64,000 bases of DNA from Candidatus Thermofontivivens primus (GTDB taxonomy: Bacteria > Sysuimicrobiota > Sysuimicrobiia > Sysuimicrobiales > Thermofontiviventaceae). Below, piece after piece: positions 36,919 through 46,650 of the stretch. Positions within the stretch are counted from its first letter, which is position 1. Each line of letters opens with the position of its first letter. The notes beneath the pieces were generated by a model. The model worked only from the letters and a program-made list of their open reading frames with translations. It ran no database searches and had not been told where the DNA came from. The translations under genes and the position numbers were made by a program. The stretch lies in the NCBI GenBank assembly GCA_031458695.1, contig JAVKJW010000005.1, forward strand, positions 51,311-115,310, read 5' to 3'.

Positions 36919-36988
36919 TCCAGGAAATCTCCCTCCCTGATGTACAGGTCACGGCTAGCTACAAGCATCCATCAGGCTTCTGTGCGAG

Positions 36989-37966
36989 TCAATGTATTTG
37001 GTGAATCCAGGCCCGGGAGAGGAGAAGGGCGCCCAAGAGGAGTGTCAACGCCACTCCCCCTGCCAGGGCGCTGACCTCTGTAGGCTTCCGCTCCCACCCT
37101 ACCACCCACCCGAGCTGCCGGTAGACCTCCCGGAGTTCGCGCGCGGAGGAGACATGGAAGTACTTCCCCTCGGTGATCTCGGCGATCTCTTTCAAGGTCT
37201 CCTCATCGAGGCGAACCCAGATCGCCCTCCCCCCTAAGTCCAGGAGGGTCCCCTCGGGCCTCCCGATACCTACGGTATATACCTTGACCTTCTGTTCCCT
37301 GGCGATCTGGGCGGCATCCCTGGGAGGGATCCCGCGGTTACTCTGGCCGTCGGAGAGGAGCACAACGACTCCTGGGGGAACATCGCCCTGTGGTGGGGAG
37401 GGCGGAGTCAGGGGGTCATCCGGCCTGTTCCTCCCGGGCATTGCCCAAACGGCCTCCAGCAACCCATCCCCCACGGCGGTGGCGAACTCTGTGAACAACC
37501 CTTCAATAGCCTCGATGACCCGGTCATGATCCGTGGTGGGGGGGACTACAAGCGTAGCGTAGCTGCTGAACGTAACCAGTCCTACAGGCAGTCCCCTGGG
37601 GAGGACACGGACGAACTCCTTTGCCGCCGTCTTCGCCGCCTCTATGCGGTTCGGGCGCATGTCCGTCGCAAGCATACTCCGGCTGATGTCGATCGAGAGC
37701 ATCACCGTCGTCTTCGTGGAAGGGATGGGAAGAGGAGCCACTGGTCTTGCAAGGGCGAAGAGCACGGCAAGCAAGCTCATCAGGAAGGTTGCGGCCGGAA
37801 GATGACGGCGGAGGCCCCTCCGCTGCTGCATGGCAAGGGTAAGGAGCGGCACCTGAGTGTGCAGCACTGCTGCCCTCCCCTGAGTGCGAAGGGCCCACCA
37901 GTATCCTCCCGCTAGGGGTAGGAGGAGGAGGCTCAACCACAACATCTGTGGGCTCTGTAGCTCCAT
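36989..37966 (-). CDS. VWA domain membrane protein (BatA-like)
   Basis: ALARP, MIDAS motif DISRSM, LLSDG, VYTVGIG. Confidence 0.9.
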   Translation of the reverse strand: MELQSPQMLWLSLLLLPLAGGYWWALRTQGRAAVLHTQVPLLTLAMQQRRGLRRHLPAATFLMSLLAVLFALARPVAPLPIPSTKTTVMLSIDISRSMLATDMRPNRIEAAKTAAKEFVRVLPRGLPVGLVTFSSYATLVVPPTTDHDRVIEAIEGLFTEFATAVGDGLLEAVWAMPGRNRPDDPLTPPSPPQGDVPPGVVVLLSDGQSNRGIPPRDAAQIAREQKVKVYTVGIGRPEGTLLDLGGRAIWVRLDEETLKEIAEITEGKYFHVSSARELREVYRQLGWVVGWERKPTEVSALAGGVALTLLLGALLLSRAWIHQIH

Positions 37967-37994
37967 CTCCCTCACCACCTTGGTTCCGTTTCCC

Positions 37995-38984
37995 TTAGGG
38001 GATCCTCCGGTACCACATCAAGGAGAGCGCGCCTCCTGCAAGAGCAAAGAGCCCGGCGAGCCCAGCAACCAGGTGGGTGACCTCCGCTTTCTTCCGCTCC
38101 CAGCGGATGGTCCAAGGGAATTGACGGAGGGCTTCCTTTAACCTCTCTCCCTCCTGGTACGGGTAGTATCCCCCACCAGACCTCTTGGCGATCTCTCGAA
38201 GGGTGGTGGCGTCGAAGGGAACTAGGACGAGCTGGTTGTTGTAGGGCATCACACTCCCCTCAGGGGTCCCGATTCCAACCGTGTAGATGGGCACTTTCAC
38301 CCTGGCGGCAAGCTCAGCTGCCTCTACAGGGTTCGGCCCGATATTGCTCACCCCATCTGACAACAGGAGGATCGCTGCCTTGGGTAGGTCTTCGCCTGTC
38401 GGGAGGTTCAGTGCACCAGTCCTTCCCATCTCTTCTAAGAGTTGCCCGCGGTCAGGGAGAACGCGAAGGGATTGAAGGATCGCGGACCCGATGGCCGTCC
38501 CCTCTAGCGGCTTGAGCTGCTCTAGGGCTTCCCGGACCTTCGAGCGGTCGTCTGTGGGCCGGACGAGAACTGTTCCGTAGTCGCTGAAGAAGGTGAGACC
38601 GATCTTCACCGACCTAGGGATCGTCCTCAACACCTCCTCCACGAGCCTCTTGGCCGCTCCGAGGCGGTCAGGTTGAAGGTCCTGGCCCATCATGCTCTTG
38701 CTCGTATCGATTGCTATGACAATTGCGGAACGATTCGCAGGTAGGGGGATCGCCGCCACCGGCCTGGCTAGGCCAATGAGGAAGAGGATGGCTGCAAGAA
38801 GGTAGAACATGTCTGGGAGGTCCCGGTGTATACGGAGGGAGGATGACCATAGCTTGGGCCAGAGGTGGGTGTCGGCAAGCCGGGTGCGGACCCTCTCTCT
38901 CCGGCGGCCGAGCAAGATGTACCCCCACAACAGAAGAGGGATACTCCCAAGGCTCCAGAGCATTCGAGGCCAAGTGAACTCCAT
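37995..38984 (-). CDS. VWA domain membrane protein (BatA-like paralogue)
   Basis: GLARP, DTSKSM, GTAIG, LLSDG, IYTVGIG. Confidence 0.9.
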   Translation of the reverse strand: MEFTWPRMLWSLGSIPLLLWGYILLGRRRERVRTRLADTHLWPKLWSSSLRIHRDLPDMFYLLAAILFLIGLARPVAAIPLPANRSAIVIAIDTSKSMMGQDLQPDRLGAAKRLVEEVLRTIPRSVKIGLTFFSDYGTVLVRPTDDRSKVREALEQLKPLEGTAIGSAILQSLRVLPDRGQLLEEMGRTGALNLPTGEDLPKAAILLLSDGVSNIGPNPVEAAELAARVKVPIYTVGIGTPEGSVMPYNNQLVLVPFDATTLREIAKRSGGGYYPYQEGERLKEALRQFPWTIRWERKKAEVTHLVAGLAGLFALAGGALSLMWYRRIP

Positions 38985-39006
38985 GTGAAAAACCCTCCCG
39001 GTGGAT

Positions 39007-39930
39007 TCAGCCGGCCCTCAAGCGGCTTGCAGGCACTGGCCTGCGTCCCTTCCGGTAATTGATGAAATGGATCAGCGGGTGCAAGAGAGACTCCGAAGTG
39101 ACCAATTGCAGGACGTCCACCCCGGATCTGCGGAAGACGTCTGAGATGGCAGTTTCCTGGGCGGCAACGGCATTCCGGTAGGCCTCCCGCACCGCAGGAT
39201 CGCTAGTATCCACCCACACCATGGCCCCCGTCTCCGGATCCTTCAAAGTCAACCCGCCCACATCTGGAAGCTCCCGTTCCACAGGGTCGATGATCCACAC
39301 GGCGATCACATCATGGCGCCGGGAGAGTTCCAGGAGGGCGCTCCCCCAGTCGCCCGAGTCGAGGAAATCCGAAACGAGGAAGAGGAGGGCACGGCGGCGG
39401 AATAGACGAGCAGCTTCCCGCAGGAAGTCCCCTAACTGTCTACTTCTCTCCCTCTCCTGCCCCTTCTCGGGGAGAGCAGGACGGGCCGGTTGGCCCAGGA
39501 TATCAAGGATGCGCAGCACATGCCGTCGCCCGGTCCGCGGCGGGAGGAGCCGTCGATCTGGAAAGGTCAGCAATCCCACTTTGTCCCCATGCCGGGTCAT
39601 GAGGTAAGCAGCAACACCCGCGAACTCTGTAGCCAGGTCCGCCTTGAACCGGCGGCGCGTACCGAACTCCATGGAGGGAGACCGGTCCACCAGGAGCCAC
39701 CCAGTGATCTCACGTTCCTCCCGGTACTGACGGACGAACAAACGGTCCATCCTCGCAGTGACATTCCAGTCGATGCGACGGACTTCATCGCCAGGCTGGT
39801 ACTCCCTGACCTCCGCGAGATCGAGGCTGGGGCCGTAAAAGAGGCCAGTGTACTCCCCGAAAAAGAAGCCATCCAGGCGTCGGATGACCTTAAACTCGAG
39901 GCGCCTCAGCACCTGCTCTGGTGTCTCCAT
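39007..39930 (-). CDS. DUF58 family protein
   Basis: EVREYQPGDEVRRIDWNVTAR, DRSPSMEFG, LVSDF. Confidence 0.92.
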   Translation of the reverse strand: METPEQVLRRLEFKVIRRLDGFFFGEYTGLFYGPSLDLAEVREYQPGDEVRRIDWNVTARMDRLFVRQYREEREITGWLLVDRSPSMEFGTRRRFKADLATEFAGVAAYLMTRHGDKVGLLTFPDRRLLPPRTGRRHVLRILDILGQPARPALPEKGQERERSRQLGDFLREAARLFRRRALLFLVSDFLDSGDWGSALLELSRRHDVIAVWIIDPVERELPDVGGLTLKDPETGAMVWVDTSDPAVREAYRNAVAAQETAISDVFRRSGVDVLQLVTSESLLHPLIHFINYRKGRRPVPASRLRAG

Positions 39931-40975
39931 AAGGATCCCCTAGGTGAACCTTTGGCATCGGGACGGCGGAAAGTACCTGCTCTACAAGGTGATCGGGAGA
40001 AACTTCCTCGGCAAGAGCCTCGTAGGAGAGAACCAACCTGTGGCGGAGGACCTCCGGGGCGAGATCCCTCACATCCTCGGGGAGCACATACTCTCTTCCC
40101 CGGATGAGCGCCAGTGCCTTGGCCCCCAGGATAAGGTTCACAGACGCCCGTGGGCTAGCCCCGTAGCTCATGTACTTCCGGATGCTATCGAGCCCATACT
40201 GGTGGGGATAGCGCGTGGCGTTGGCGAGGGTGACAGCGTACTCGATGACCCGTGGGTCCACGTATACCGCATCGGCGACCTTCTGCAGGTGCAGGAGGTC
40301 TTGGGCTCGAATCACCGGCTGGACTTCGGGCATCTCCAACGTGACACGCTCTACCACTGAGACCTCCTCATGGAAGCTCGGGTAGGTGATCACCACCTTG
40401 AACATGAACCGATCCACCTGTGCCTCGGGGAGAGGATAGGTCCCCTCACTTTCAATGGGATTCTGGGTTGCCAAGACGAGGAAAGGGTCGGGGAGCCTGA
40501 ATGTTTGCTTGCCGATGGTCACCTGGCGCTCCTGCATTGCCTCGAGAAGCGCCGACTGAACCTTGGCCGGTGCACGGTTGATCTCGTCGGCGAGGATAAG
40601 GTTCGCAAAGATGGGACCGAGCTCTGTCTCAAAGGTTCCGGCTCTCTGGTTGAAGACCCGCGTGCCTATGAGATCTGCGGGAACAAGGTCGGGCGTGAAC
40701 TGGATCCGTTTGAACTCACAGTCGATAACCCTGGCGGTGGTCTTGATGGCCAGCGTCTTGGCCAGTCCTGGGACGCCCTCGATGAGAATGTGTCCCCGTG
40801 CGAGGAGCGCTACGAGGATGCGCTCCAGCATCAGATCCTGTCCTACAATCACCTTTTTGATCTCATAGAGGACCTGACGCATGGTAGCGGAGCTCTGGAT
40901 GTACACATCGAGAGGATAAGTAGGTTTCGCTGGGCTTACAAGCGGGGACTCCATCTGGGCAGGCTCAAGGTCCAT
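39890..40975 (-). CDS. moxR: MoxR family AAA+ ATPase
   Basis: EGVPGLAKT, RIQFTPDL.PAD, DEINRAPAKVQSALLEAMQE, ATQNPIE.EGTYPLPEAQ.DRF. Confidence 0.95.
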   Translation of the reverse strand: MDLEPAQMESPLVSPAKPTYPLDVYIQSSATMRQVLYEIKKVIVGQDLMLERILVALLARGHILIEGVPGLAKTLAIKTTARVIDCEFKRIQFTPDLVPADLIGTRVFNQRAGTFETELGPIFANLILADEINRAPAKVQSALLEAMQERQVTIGKQTFRLPDPFLVLATQNPIESEGTYPLPEAQVDRFMFKVVITYPSFHEEVSVVERVTLEMPEVQPVIRAQDLLHLQKVADAVYVDPRVIEYAVTLANATRYPHQYGLDSIRKYMSYGASPRASVNLILGAKALALIRGREYVLPEDVRDLAPEVLRHRLVLSYEALAEEVSPDHLVEQVLSAVPMPKVHLGDPYGDTRAGAEAPRV

Positions 40976-41092
40976 GGTCCTCCCTCCTTGTTTACTGACA
41001 TGCTAGCATCCTCCCATTCTCACCGTCAAGGTAAGGAAAATTGTCCACTTGACGGTAGGAGATCCTCATCCTAAAATCGAGCAAGGAAATGG

Positions 41093-41165
41093 CCTCAGCA
41101 AAAATTTGCTGGGGATCCAGATCTCGAAGGGGGACCGGCAAAAGTCAAAAAGCCTTTTGTCGGGG
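41093..41165 (+). repeat. Degenerate copy of the dispersed element
   Basis: CAGCAAAAATTTGCTGGGGATCC...AAGGGGG...GGCAAAAGTCAAAAAGCCTTTTGTCGGGG. Confidence 0.65.
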
Positions 41166-41310
41166 CAATGAGAACCATGGCCGAGGGGAGAATGCTGTAC
41201 CTGTCCTCATAAGAATCCCCACACCAACATTCCTCAACACAGGATCCACCTCCTCTGCGCCACCCTCTTCCGGCGATGGTCCCTCGATAAACCAGGAAAG
41301 AGAACTATCC

Positions 41311-42240
41311 ATGGCCCTAGCTGAGCCAATTTCTGCAGTGCTCTCCAAGGGACGTCACCTGTTCGAGCGGGAACGGGTCCTTGGGCCACTCTTAATCGCC
41401 CCTGCTTTCCTCTATATTGTCCTCCTAGTGGGCTTCCCGTTCATATTCGCCATCTACCTCAGCATGACCGATGCCACCACAGGGAACCCGTATGCCTCTT
41501 TCATTGGGCTACAGAACTTCATCGAGGTTGTGCAGAGCCCTGTCTTTCGCAGGGCGTTGAAGAACACCTTCGTGTTCACGATTTCCTCCCAGGTGCTCGT
41601 TATTGTACTCGCCAAGATCTTGGCCCTCGCTCTCAGTAAGAACTTCCGGGGAAAGGGGATCGTTCTCTTCCTTATCCTGCTCCCCTGGGTAGCTCCCATC
41701 TCCCTAGCGACCATTGGCTGGTTATGGATCTTCCACGCCCGCTTCAGTATCATCGACTGGATCCTCCGCGCCGCCGGTCTCCTCCCTCCCAACGCCAACA
41801 TGTTCTGGCTTGGGAGGCCGGATCTCGCCATGATCGCTGTGATCACTGTGCATGTCTGGAGGATGCTGCCCTTCTCCACGGTGATTCTGCTCGCAGGGCT
41901 TACCTCGATTCCAAGGGATATTCTGGATCAAGCGGAGGTTGACGGGGCGGGGTTCTGGCGCAGGCTTTTCCAGATTACCATCCCCCTCCTCCTCCCCGTC
42001 ATCAGCGTGGCGATCCTCTTCGGAACAATCTTCACCTTTACGGATATGGCTGTGGTCTACGTCCTGACCCGCGGCGGTCCCTTTGACACGACTCAAGTCC
42101 TGTCGAGTCTGGCCTTCTTCAAGGGGATCGTGGGAGGGAATCTCGGGGTGGGAGCAGCCATCTCCCTCTTTCTGTTTCCGGTGCTGCTCTTCGTAGCGGT
42201 CTTGATCTTGCGGCTCGCCCGCCGGGTGGAGGTAGTCTAA
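41311..42240 (+). CDS. Carbohydrate ABC transporter permease
   Basis: FIGLQNF, EAA-like loop LTSIPRDILDQAEVDGA, LTRGGP. Confidence 0.92.
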   Translation: MALAEPISAVLSKGRHLFERERVLGPLLIAPAFLYIVLLVGFPFIFAIYLSMTDATTGNPYASFIGLQNFIEVVQSPVFRRALKNTFVFTISSQVLVIVLAKILALALSKNFRGKGIVLFLILLPWVAPISLATIGWLWIFHARFSIIDWILRAAGLLPPNANMFWLGRPDLAMIAVITVHVWRMLPFSTVILLAGLTSIPRDILDQAEVDGAGFWRRLFQITIPLLLPVISVAILFGTIFTFTDMAVVYVLTRGGPFDTTQVLSSLAFFKGIVGGNLGVGAAISLFLFPVLLFVAVLILRLARRVEVV

Positions 42241-43103
42241 TGGACCAAGTGCTGCTTCCCCGCAGCCTAAAGCGATTTGGTTTCCAGAGCGGTCACTTCC
42301 TTGTGCTGGGAGCGTTCGTCGTCTTTACTGCCCTCCCTTTCGCCTGGATGCTCATCACTGCGTTCAAACAGAACACCGACCTCTATAACCCCATGAACAA
42401 TCCCTTCTGGTTCAACGAGCCACCCACTTTGGATCAGTGGCGCTACGTGTTCACAAAGACGATGTATGCTAGGTGGCTTCTGAACACGGCCTTCGTCGGG
42501 GTCATGGTCGTGGGGATCACTCTGCTCCTGGCGATCCCAGCCGGGTATAGCCTGGCGCGCTTCCTGGGACGCTGGGGGGAGCAGCTAGGGATTGGGATCT
42601 TCCTCGTCTACCTCATCCCTCCAACCTTGCTGTTCATCCCGATGGCGCGGGTGGTAACAGCACTTGGCCTGCAAAACACCCTCTGGTCGCTCGTGGTCAC
42701 CTATCCTACGATCACGATTCCCTTCTCCACCTGGCTGTTGATGGGGTTCTTCAAGTCCATCCCCCGGGACCTTGAGGAGGCTGCCCTCGTCGATGGCTAT
42801 AGCCGGCTTGGGGCATTCCTGAAAATCGTCCTCCCCCTCGCTGTCCCAGGGATCATCACAGTGGTCATCTTCAGCTTTACCCTTTCTGCCCAGGAGTTCG
42901 TTTATGCCCTGACCTTCGTGACCGCTACGGCACAGAAGACCGTGAGCATTGGAGTTCCCTCCGATATGGTCCGTGGAGACATCTTCGATTGGGGGCCGCT
43001 GATGGGGTCCGCATTCCTCGCAAGTGTCCCTGTAGCCATCCTCTACTACTTTGTCCTGGACCGATTCGTCTCAGGGTTCACCGCCGCTGGGGCGATTCGA
43101 TAG
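42240..43103 (+). CDS. Carbohydrate ABC transporter permease
   Basis: FFKSIPRDLEEAALVDG EAA loop; multiple TM segments. Confidence 0.92.
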   Translation: MDQVLLPRSLKRFGFQSGHFLVLGAFVVFTALPFAWMLITAFKQNTDLYNPMNNPFWFNEPPTLDQWRYVFTKTMYARWLLNTAFVGVMVVGITLLLAIPAGYSLARFLGRWGEQLGIGIFLVYLIPPTLLFIPMARVVTALGLQNTLWSLVVTYPTITIPFSTWLLMGFFKSIPRDLEEAALVDGYSRLGAFLKIVLPLAVPGIITVVIFSFTLSAQEFVYALTFVTATAQKTVSIGVPSDMVRGDIFDWGPLMGSAFLASVPVAILYYFVLDRFVSGFTAAGAIR

Positions 43104-43220
43104 GGAACGCATGCGGAACTTGTTGGACAAGATCTCGCCCGGGGGATACGACAAAGAGCAAAAGGCGTCTTGAGGAGGTATGCGAGCAGAAGAAAGGCAC
43201 GATAAAAGGGGGTGGATGTC

Positions 43221-44783
43221 ATGAAAGAGAAAGAAGAGGTCCGATGGGTGCAAGTTTCGGAGGGGAAATGGCGGCGCCTCACCAGGAGGGAGTTCCTCAA
43301 GGTCGTTGGGGTTGGCGCTGCTGCGGCAGGCTTCGGTCCTTTCATGTTTACAGAGAAGACCGCGGCCCAGCCAGTGAGGCTCAGGGTCCTCCTGTGGCGG
43401 CACTTCGTTCCACCATACGACGAGTGGTTTGACAAGGTCTTTGCTCCACGCTGGGGCGCCAAGAACGGGGTTCAAGTTGTGGTGGAACACGTGGGACTAG
43501 CGGATCTTCCGGCCATTGCGGCTGCCGAAGCCTCCCGCGTCGCTCGCGGTGCCGATCCCGGCCACGACCTCATCCAGCTACTGAGCCCTCCTGCAGCCCT
43601 GGAGCCTCAGGTTGACACCGACGCCCATCGCGAGGTGATCGAGGAGCTCGTGAACAACAAGAAAGTAGGACCCTATATCCCCCTAGCCCGGGCGAGTACC
43701 TATAACCCCGTCACCAAGAAGTACTTCGGGGTCTCTGATAACTTCGTCCCGGATCCAATTCACTACCGTGCGGACCTGTGGAGGCGCGCGGCGTTTAGGG
43801 TCACCGGTCCCGAACGGGTGCCTTCCAAAGGTCCAGTGACCTGGGAACACGTCCGTTTGGCGGGAAGAGAGCTCAAGAAATTGGGGAATCCCGTGGGCCT
43901 TGGTCTCTCCCAGGAGATTGATACCAACATGTTCCTCCGTGCGCTGATGTACTCCTGGGGAACCTCGGAACAGGACGAGGGGAGCAACGTGATCATCGAT
44001 GTGCCCCCCTATAGGCAGCGGACCATCGACGCCCTGAAGTTCGTCAAGGCCCTGTACGAGGAGGCCATGTTCCCGGGTGTCTTCGCCTGGACAGCCGCCT
44101 CCAACAACGAGGAGTTCCTCGCAGGGAGAATCTCCATCGCGATGAATGCCATCTCCATCACGCGAACGGCACAGGCGCTCGCGGCGGAGGCGCTGAAGCG
44201 CGGAGAGGACCCTGACCGTTCCCCCGCGGTGCAACTCGCCAGGAATACCGAGATCACCGAGCGCGCACCGGCTGGGCCTTCAGGCGCCCGGGGTCTGGAG
44301 CATGTCATGGGGGTCTACATTATCTGGAAGAGCGGGAACCGCCGCGTCATCGATGCGGCTAAGCAGTTCCTCGTTGACCTGATCCTGAGCTATGACCCGG
44401 ATGTCGCCACGCGAGCTGGTTGGGGCCCTGGGAAGTTCCATGCCAGCCAGGCCTACGACTATCCGACGTTCCAGAACGCCATCTCCAAGGCCAAGCGCTT
44501 GGCCTACCTCACCAACGATCCTGTCTCCAAAGCAGCCGGCGATCGCCCCGACAAGCTCGCCACTATCGAGACAGCCTACGAGTGGGCCTATAATGTGGGA
44601 TGGCCCGGGCCCTCCAACGCTGCCATTGACGAAGTGTTCAACACCTTCATCATCCCCGTGATGTTCGCACGGGTTGCCCAAGGGATCGATACGCCAGAAA
44701 GGGCCCTCGACAGCGCCGCGGCAGAGATGCGCCGCATCTACCAGAAGTGGCGAGCCCAGGGACTTGTCGGAGGAAGACGTTAA
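43221..44783 (+). CDS. ABC solute-binding protein with Tat signal
   Basis: LTRREFLKVVGVGAAA twin-arginine signal; follows two sugar permeases. Confidence 0.88.
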   Translation: MKEKEEVRWVQVSEGKWRRLTRREFLKVVGVGAAAAGFGPFMFTEKTAAQPVRLRVLLWRHFVPPYDEWFDKVFAPRWGAKNGVQVVVEHVGLADLPAIAAAEASRVARGADPGHDLIQLLSPPAALEPQVDTDAHREVIEELVNNKKVGPYIPLARASTYNPVTKKYFGVSDNFVPDPIHYRADLWRRAAFRVTGPERVPSKGPVTWEHVRLAGRELKKLGNPVGLGLSQEIDTNMFLRALMYSWGTSEQDEGSNVIIDVPPYRQRTIDALKFVKALYEEAMFPGVFAWTAASNNEEFLAGRISIAMNAISITRTAQALAAEALKRGEDPDRSPAVQLARNTEITERAPAGPSGARGLEHVMGVYIIWKSGNRRVIDAAKQFLVDLILSYDPDVATRAGWGPGKFHASQAYDYPTFQNAISKAKRLAYLTNDPVSKAAGDRPDKLATIETAYEWAYNVGWPGPSNAAIDEVFNTFIIPVMFARVAQGIDTPERALDSAAAEMRRIYQKWRAQGLVGGRR

Positions 44784-44849
44784 AATCAGGCCTACAGAGT
44801 TACGGATGGAAAGGGTGTCGCTAGCGGCCGCGGGGGTTTAGTGAAAATT

Positions 44850-44874
44850 CCCGGCAAACGTGCCTTTTGCCGGG
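44850..44874. terminator. Hairpin, probable terminator between convergent transcripts
   Basis: CCCGGCAAA-7 nt-TTTGCCGGG. Confidence 0.6.
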
Positions 44875-44915
44875 TTGCGTGAGAGGTCTTTTTGATTCTG
44901 GACTGCCATAACAAA

Positions 44916-45080
44916 AGAGACGCAGGCTTTCTCCGACTTTTCACCGTCTTTGGCTACACCGCCGGTTCCTACTGCCTGCCAGCCGTTCTCCGGAGTTACC
45001 CCCGAAGTACACTTAGCCGCTTTCGGAGTCCACGTATGTAGCTTTTGAATCGGCTACTTCGCCGTTAGGCCTGCGCCTCT
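44916..45080 (-). ncRNA. Structured ncRNA of about 165 nt, probably 6S RNA
   Basis: 12-bp closing stem AGAGGCGCAGGC/GCCTGCGTCTCT followed by a U-tract; nested helices CCGATT/AGTCGG and GCTACAT/GTGTAGC; promoter TTGACG...TGcTAGGTT just upstream; no ORF in the track. Confidence 0.55.
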
Positions 45081-45120
45081 ACGCACAACCTAGCATAGTC
45101 TCCAGGAGGCCGTCAATAGG

Positions 45121-45132
45121 GAACGTCTGTTC
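45121..45132. promoter_or_regulatory. Candidate LexA box
   Basis: GAAC-GTCT-GTTC located 4 nt upstream of the ncRNA -35. Confidence 0.45.
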
Positions 45133-45137
45133 AAAAC

Positions 45138-45416
45138 TTAGCGCAGGAACCGTGTGAATTTTTCAGCAAGCGCGACGAACGCGGCAAGGCCTCCAAACTG
45201 CGCCAACGCAACTTTGTGCATCTTGAGCTGTTGGCGGACCCGCTCGAACTCTTCTCTGTGGACCATCTGCGGAAGGTTTTCCTTCCCGTTGGGAGGGACC
45301 CTCGGCTTGAGGTTCTTGCGCAGGTTCCGCTCGTGAATCAGGACCTGCCGGTGTGCCTCTAGCTCTCGGGCAACCTGCCGCTTGGCCTGGATCAGTGCTT
45401 CTCGATGAGCACGCAT
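45138..45416 (-). CDS. Hypothetical protein
   Basis: 92-aa ORF with RBS GGGGTGAGG; helical composition. Confidence 0.6.
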   Translation of the reverse strand: MRAHREALIQAKRQVARELEAHRQVLIHERNLRKNLKPRVPPNGKENLPQMVHREEFERVRQQLKMHKVALAQFGGLAAFVALAEKFTRFLR

Positions 45417-45559
45417 GGTCCTCACCCCTTCCGGCTCCACCCTATCCCGGAGAGGTGCAAAGGACCATCGGCTCCAAGCCTGAAATTCCTATAGGGCCAA
45501 TACGGATTTCAAATCGGGTGAAGAACCGATTGACAACTGCGGGTAGACCCTATTACGAG

Positions 45560-46054
45560 TCAAAGGCCCCTCCGGCATGCGACATTCGCCTGCCAGAGGA
45601 GCCAGGAAGTCACTTCGTTCGCCAGGCGCGTTGCCGCCTCTGCGACCATCAGCGCGGAGACGGAAGGTGGGGGGACCTTTGGCGCACTGGCTCCGTACGG
45701 CGCATCCAACGGCGCCTCAGGAAGGGAGTGGGAAATCCGTTCACGAAGGGCTATGCACAGGTGGATAAACGCCCTCGTCTCTTCAGCGAGCGAGGTCGCT
45801 CGACCCCGTGCAAGTTCATGTGTGGGGAAATCTTCCCTCATCTTCTCAATAGGCTCAAGCAGGTACCCCGCATTGACCTTGAGACCATCAAGAAGCGGGA
45901 TGAGGAGTTCCTCTCCCTGGACATGCGATTCCTGCCACGACGCCTGCGGGTAGGGTCGTTTTCCTGTATACGCAATCTCTCTGGAAAGGCGACGGAGGTC
46001 CTCCGCCAGCTTCCGGATCTCCTTGGTAAGAAGGAAGGTTTCGATGATGTCCAT
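45560..46054 (-). CDS. Hypothetical helical protein
   Basis: 164-aa ORF with natural composition, co-oriented with neighbours. Confidence 0.6.
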   Translation of the reverse strand: MDIIETFLLTKEIRKLAEDLRRLSREIAYTGKRPYPQASWQESHVQGEELLIPLLDGLKVNAGYLLEPIEKMREDFPTHELARGRATSLAEETRAFIHLCIALRERISHSLPEAPLDAPYGASAPKVPPPSVSALMVAEAATRLANEVTSWLLWQANVACRRGL

Positions 46055-46081
46055 TTTGCCGATTCTTCGACTGTGCTCTGC

Positions 46082-46151
46082 AACCCCAGCAAAATCCCTT
46101 GTCGAGATTTTGCTAGGGACCCCGTTATTTCAAGAGGGGCCCTCAGGTACT
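46082..46151 (+). repeat. Copy of the dispersed element with internal deletion
   Basis: AACCCCAGCAAAATCCCTTGTCGAGATTTTGCTAGGGACCCCGTTATTTCAAGAGGGGCCC...GGTACT, near-identical to 32708-32765. Confidence 0.8.
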
Positions 46152-46633
46152 TAGAGCTTGTAGCCGATGTTCCGGAGGAATTCCTTTCGCTTGGCCACGT
46201 CCTCCTCTGTCTCGATGCCCTTTGTGCGCAGGCCATCGATAACCCCCAAGATTCCCCTCCCCTGTTCGGTCTCTGCCAAGACAACCTCAACGGGGTTTGC
46301 TGTCGCGCAATAGATGTGGCAGACTTCTGGAACCTGCTTGATGGTGTTCAGCACATTAATTGGGTAAGCATTGCGAAGGAGGATCAAGAAGCAGTGCCCG
46401 GCCCCCAGCTCCAGGGCGTTGCGTTTGGCCAGCTCGACGAGCTCATCATCGGTCCCGCTCGCCCGCACAAGGGCCGGTCCCGAGGACTCGCAGAATGCCA
46501 GTCCGAACTTGATCCCAGGGACGGAGGTGACTAATGCTTCGTGGAGATCCTCGACAGTTTTGATGAAGTGAGACTGCCCGAGGATCAGATTTACCTCATC
46601 CGGTTTCTGGATCTTTACCGTCACAAGCTCCAT
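46151..46633 (-). CDS. Adenosine-specific kinase family (DUF355) protein
   Basis: [40 protein letters not shown]. Confidence 0.9.
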   Translation of the reverse strand: MELVTVKIQKPDEVNLILGQSHFIKTVEDLHEALVTSVPGIKFGLAFCESSGPALVRASGTDDELVELAKRNALELGAGHCFLILLRNAYPINVLNTIKQVPEVCHIYCATANPVEVVLAETEQGRGILGVIDGLRTKGIETEEDVAKRKEFLRNIGYKL

Positions 46634-46650
46634 ACCTGGACCTCCCTTCT

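Noticed and set aside
44916..45085. Lysine riboswitch (starts AGAGGCGC on the minus strand)
   Set aside because: That segment pairs fully with the 3' end, the other lysine-riboswitch motifs are not evident, and no co-oriented gene lies downstream.
45353..46534. 393-aa plus-strand ORF and other long antisense ORFs (e.g. 23548..24777, 56860..58035, 62120..63322)
   Set aside because: Shadow frames opposite genes on the other strand in GC-rich DNA; no recognisable motifs.
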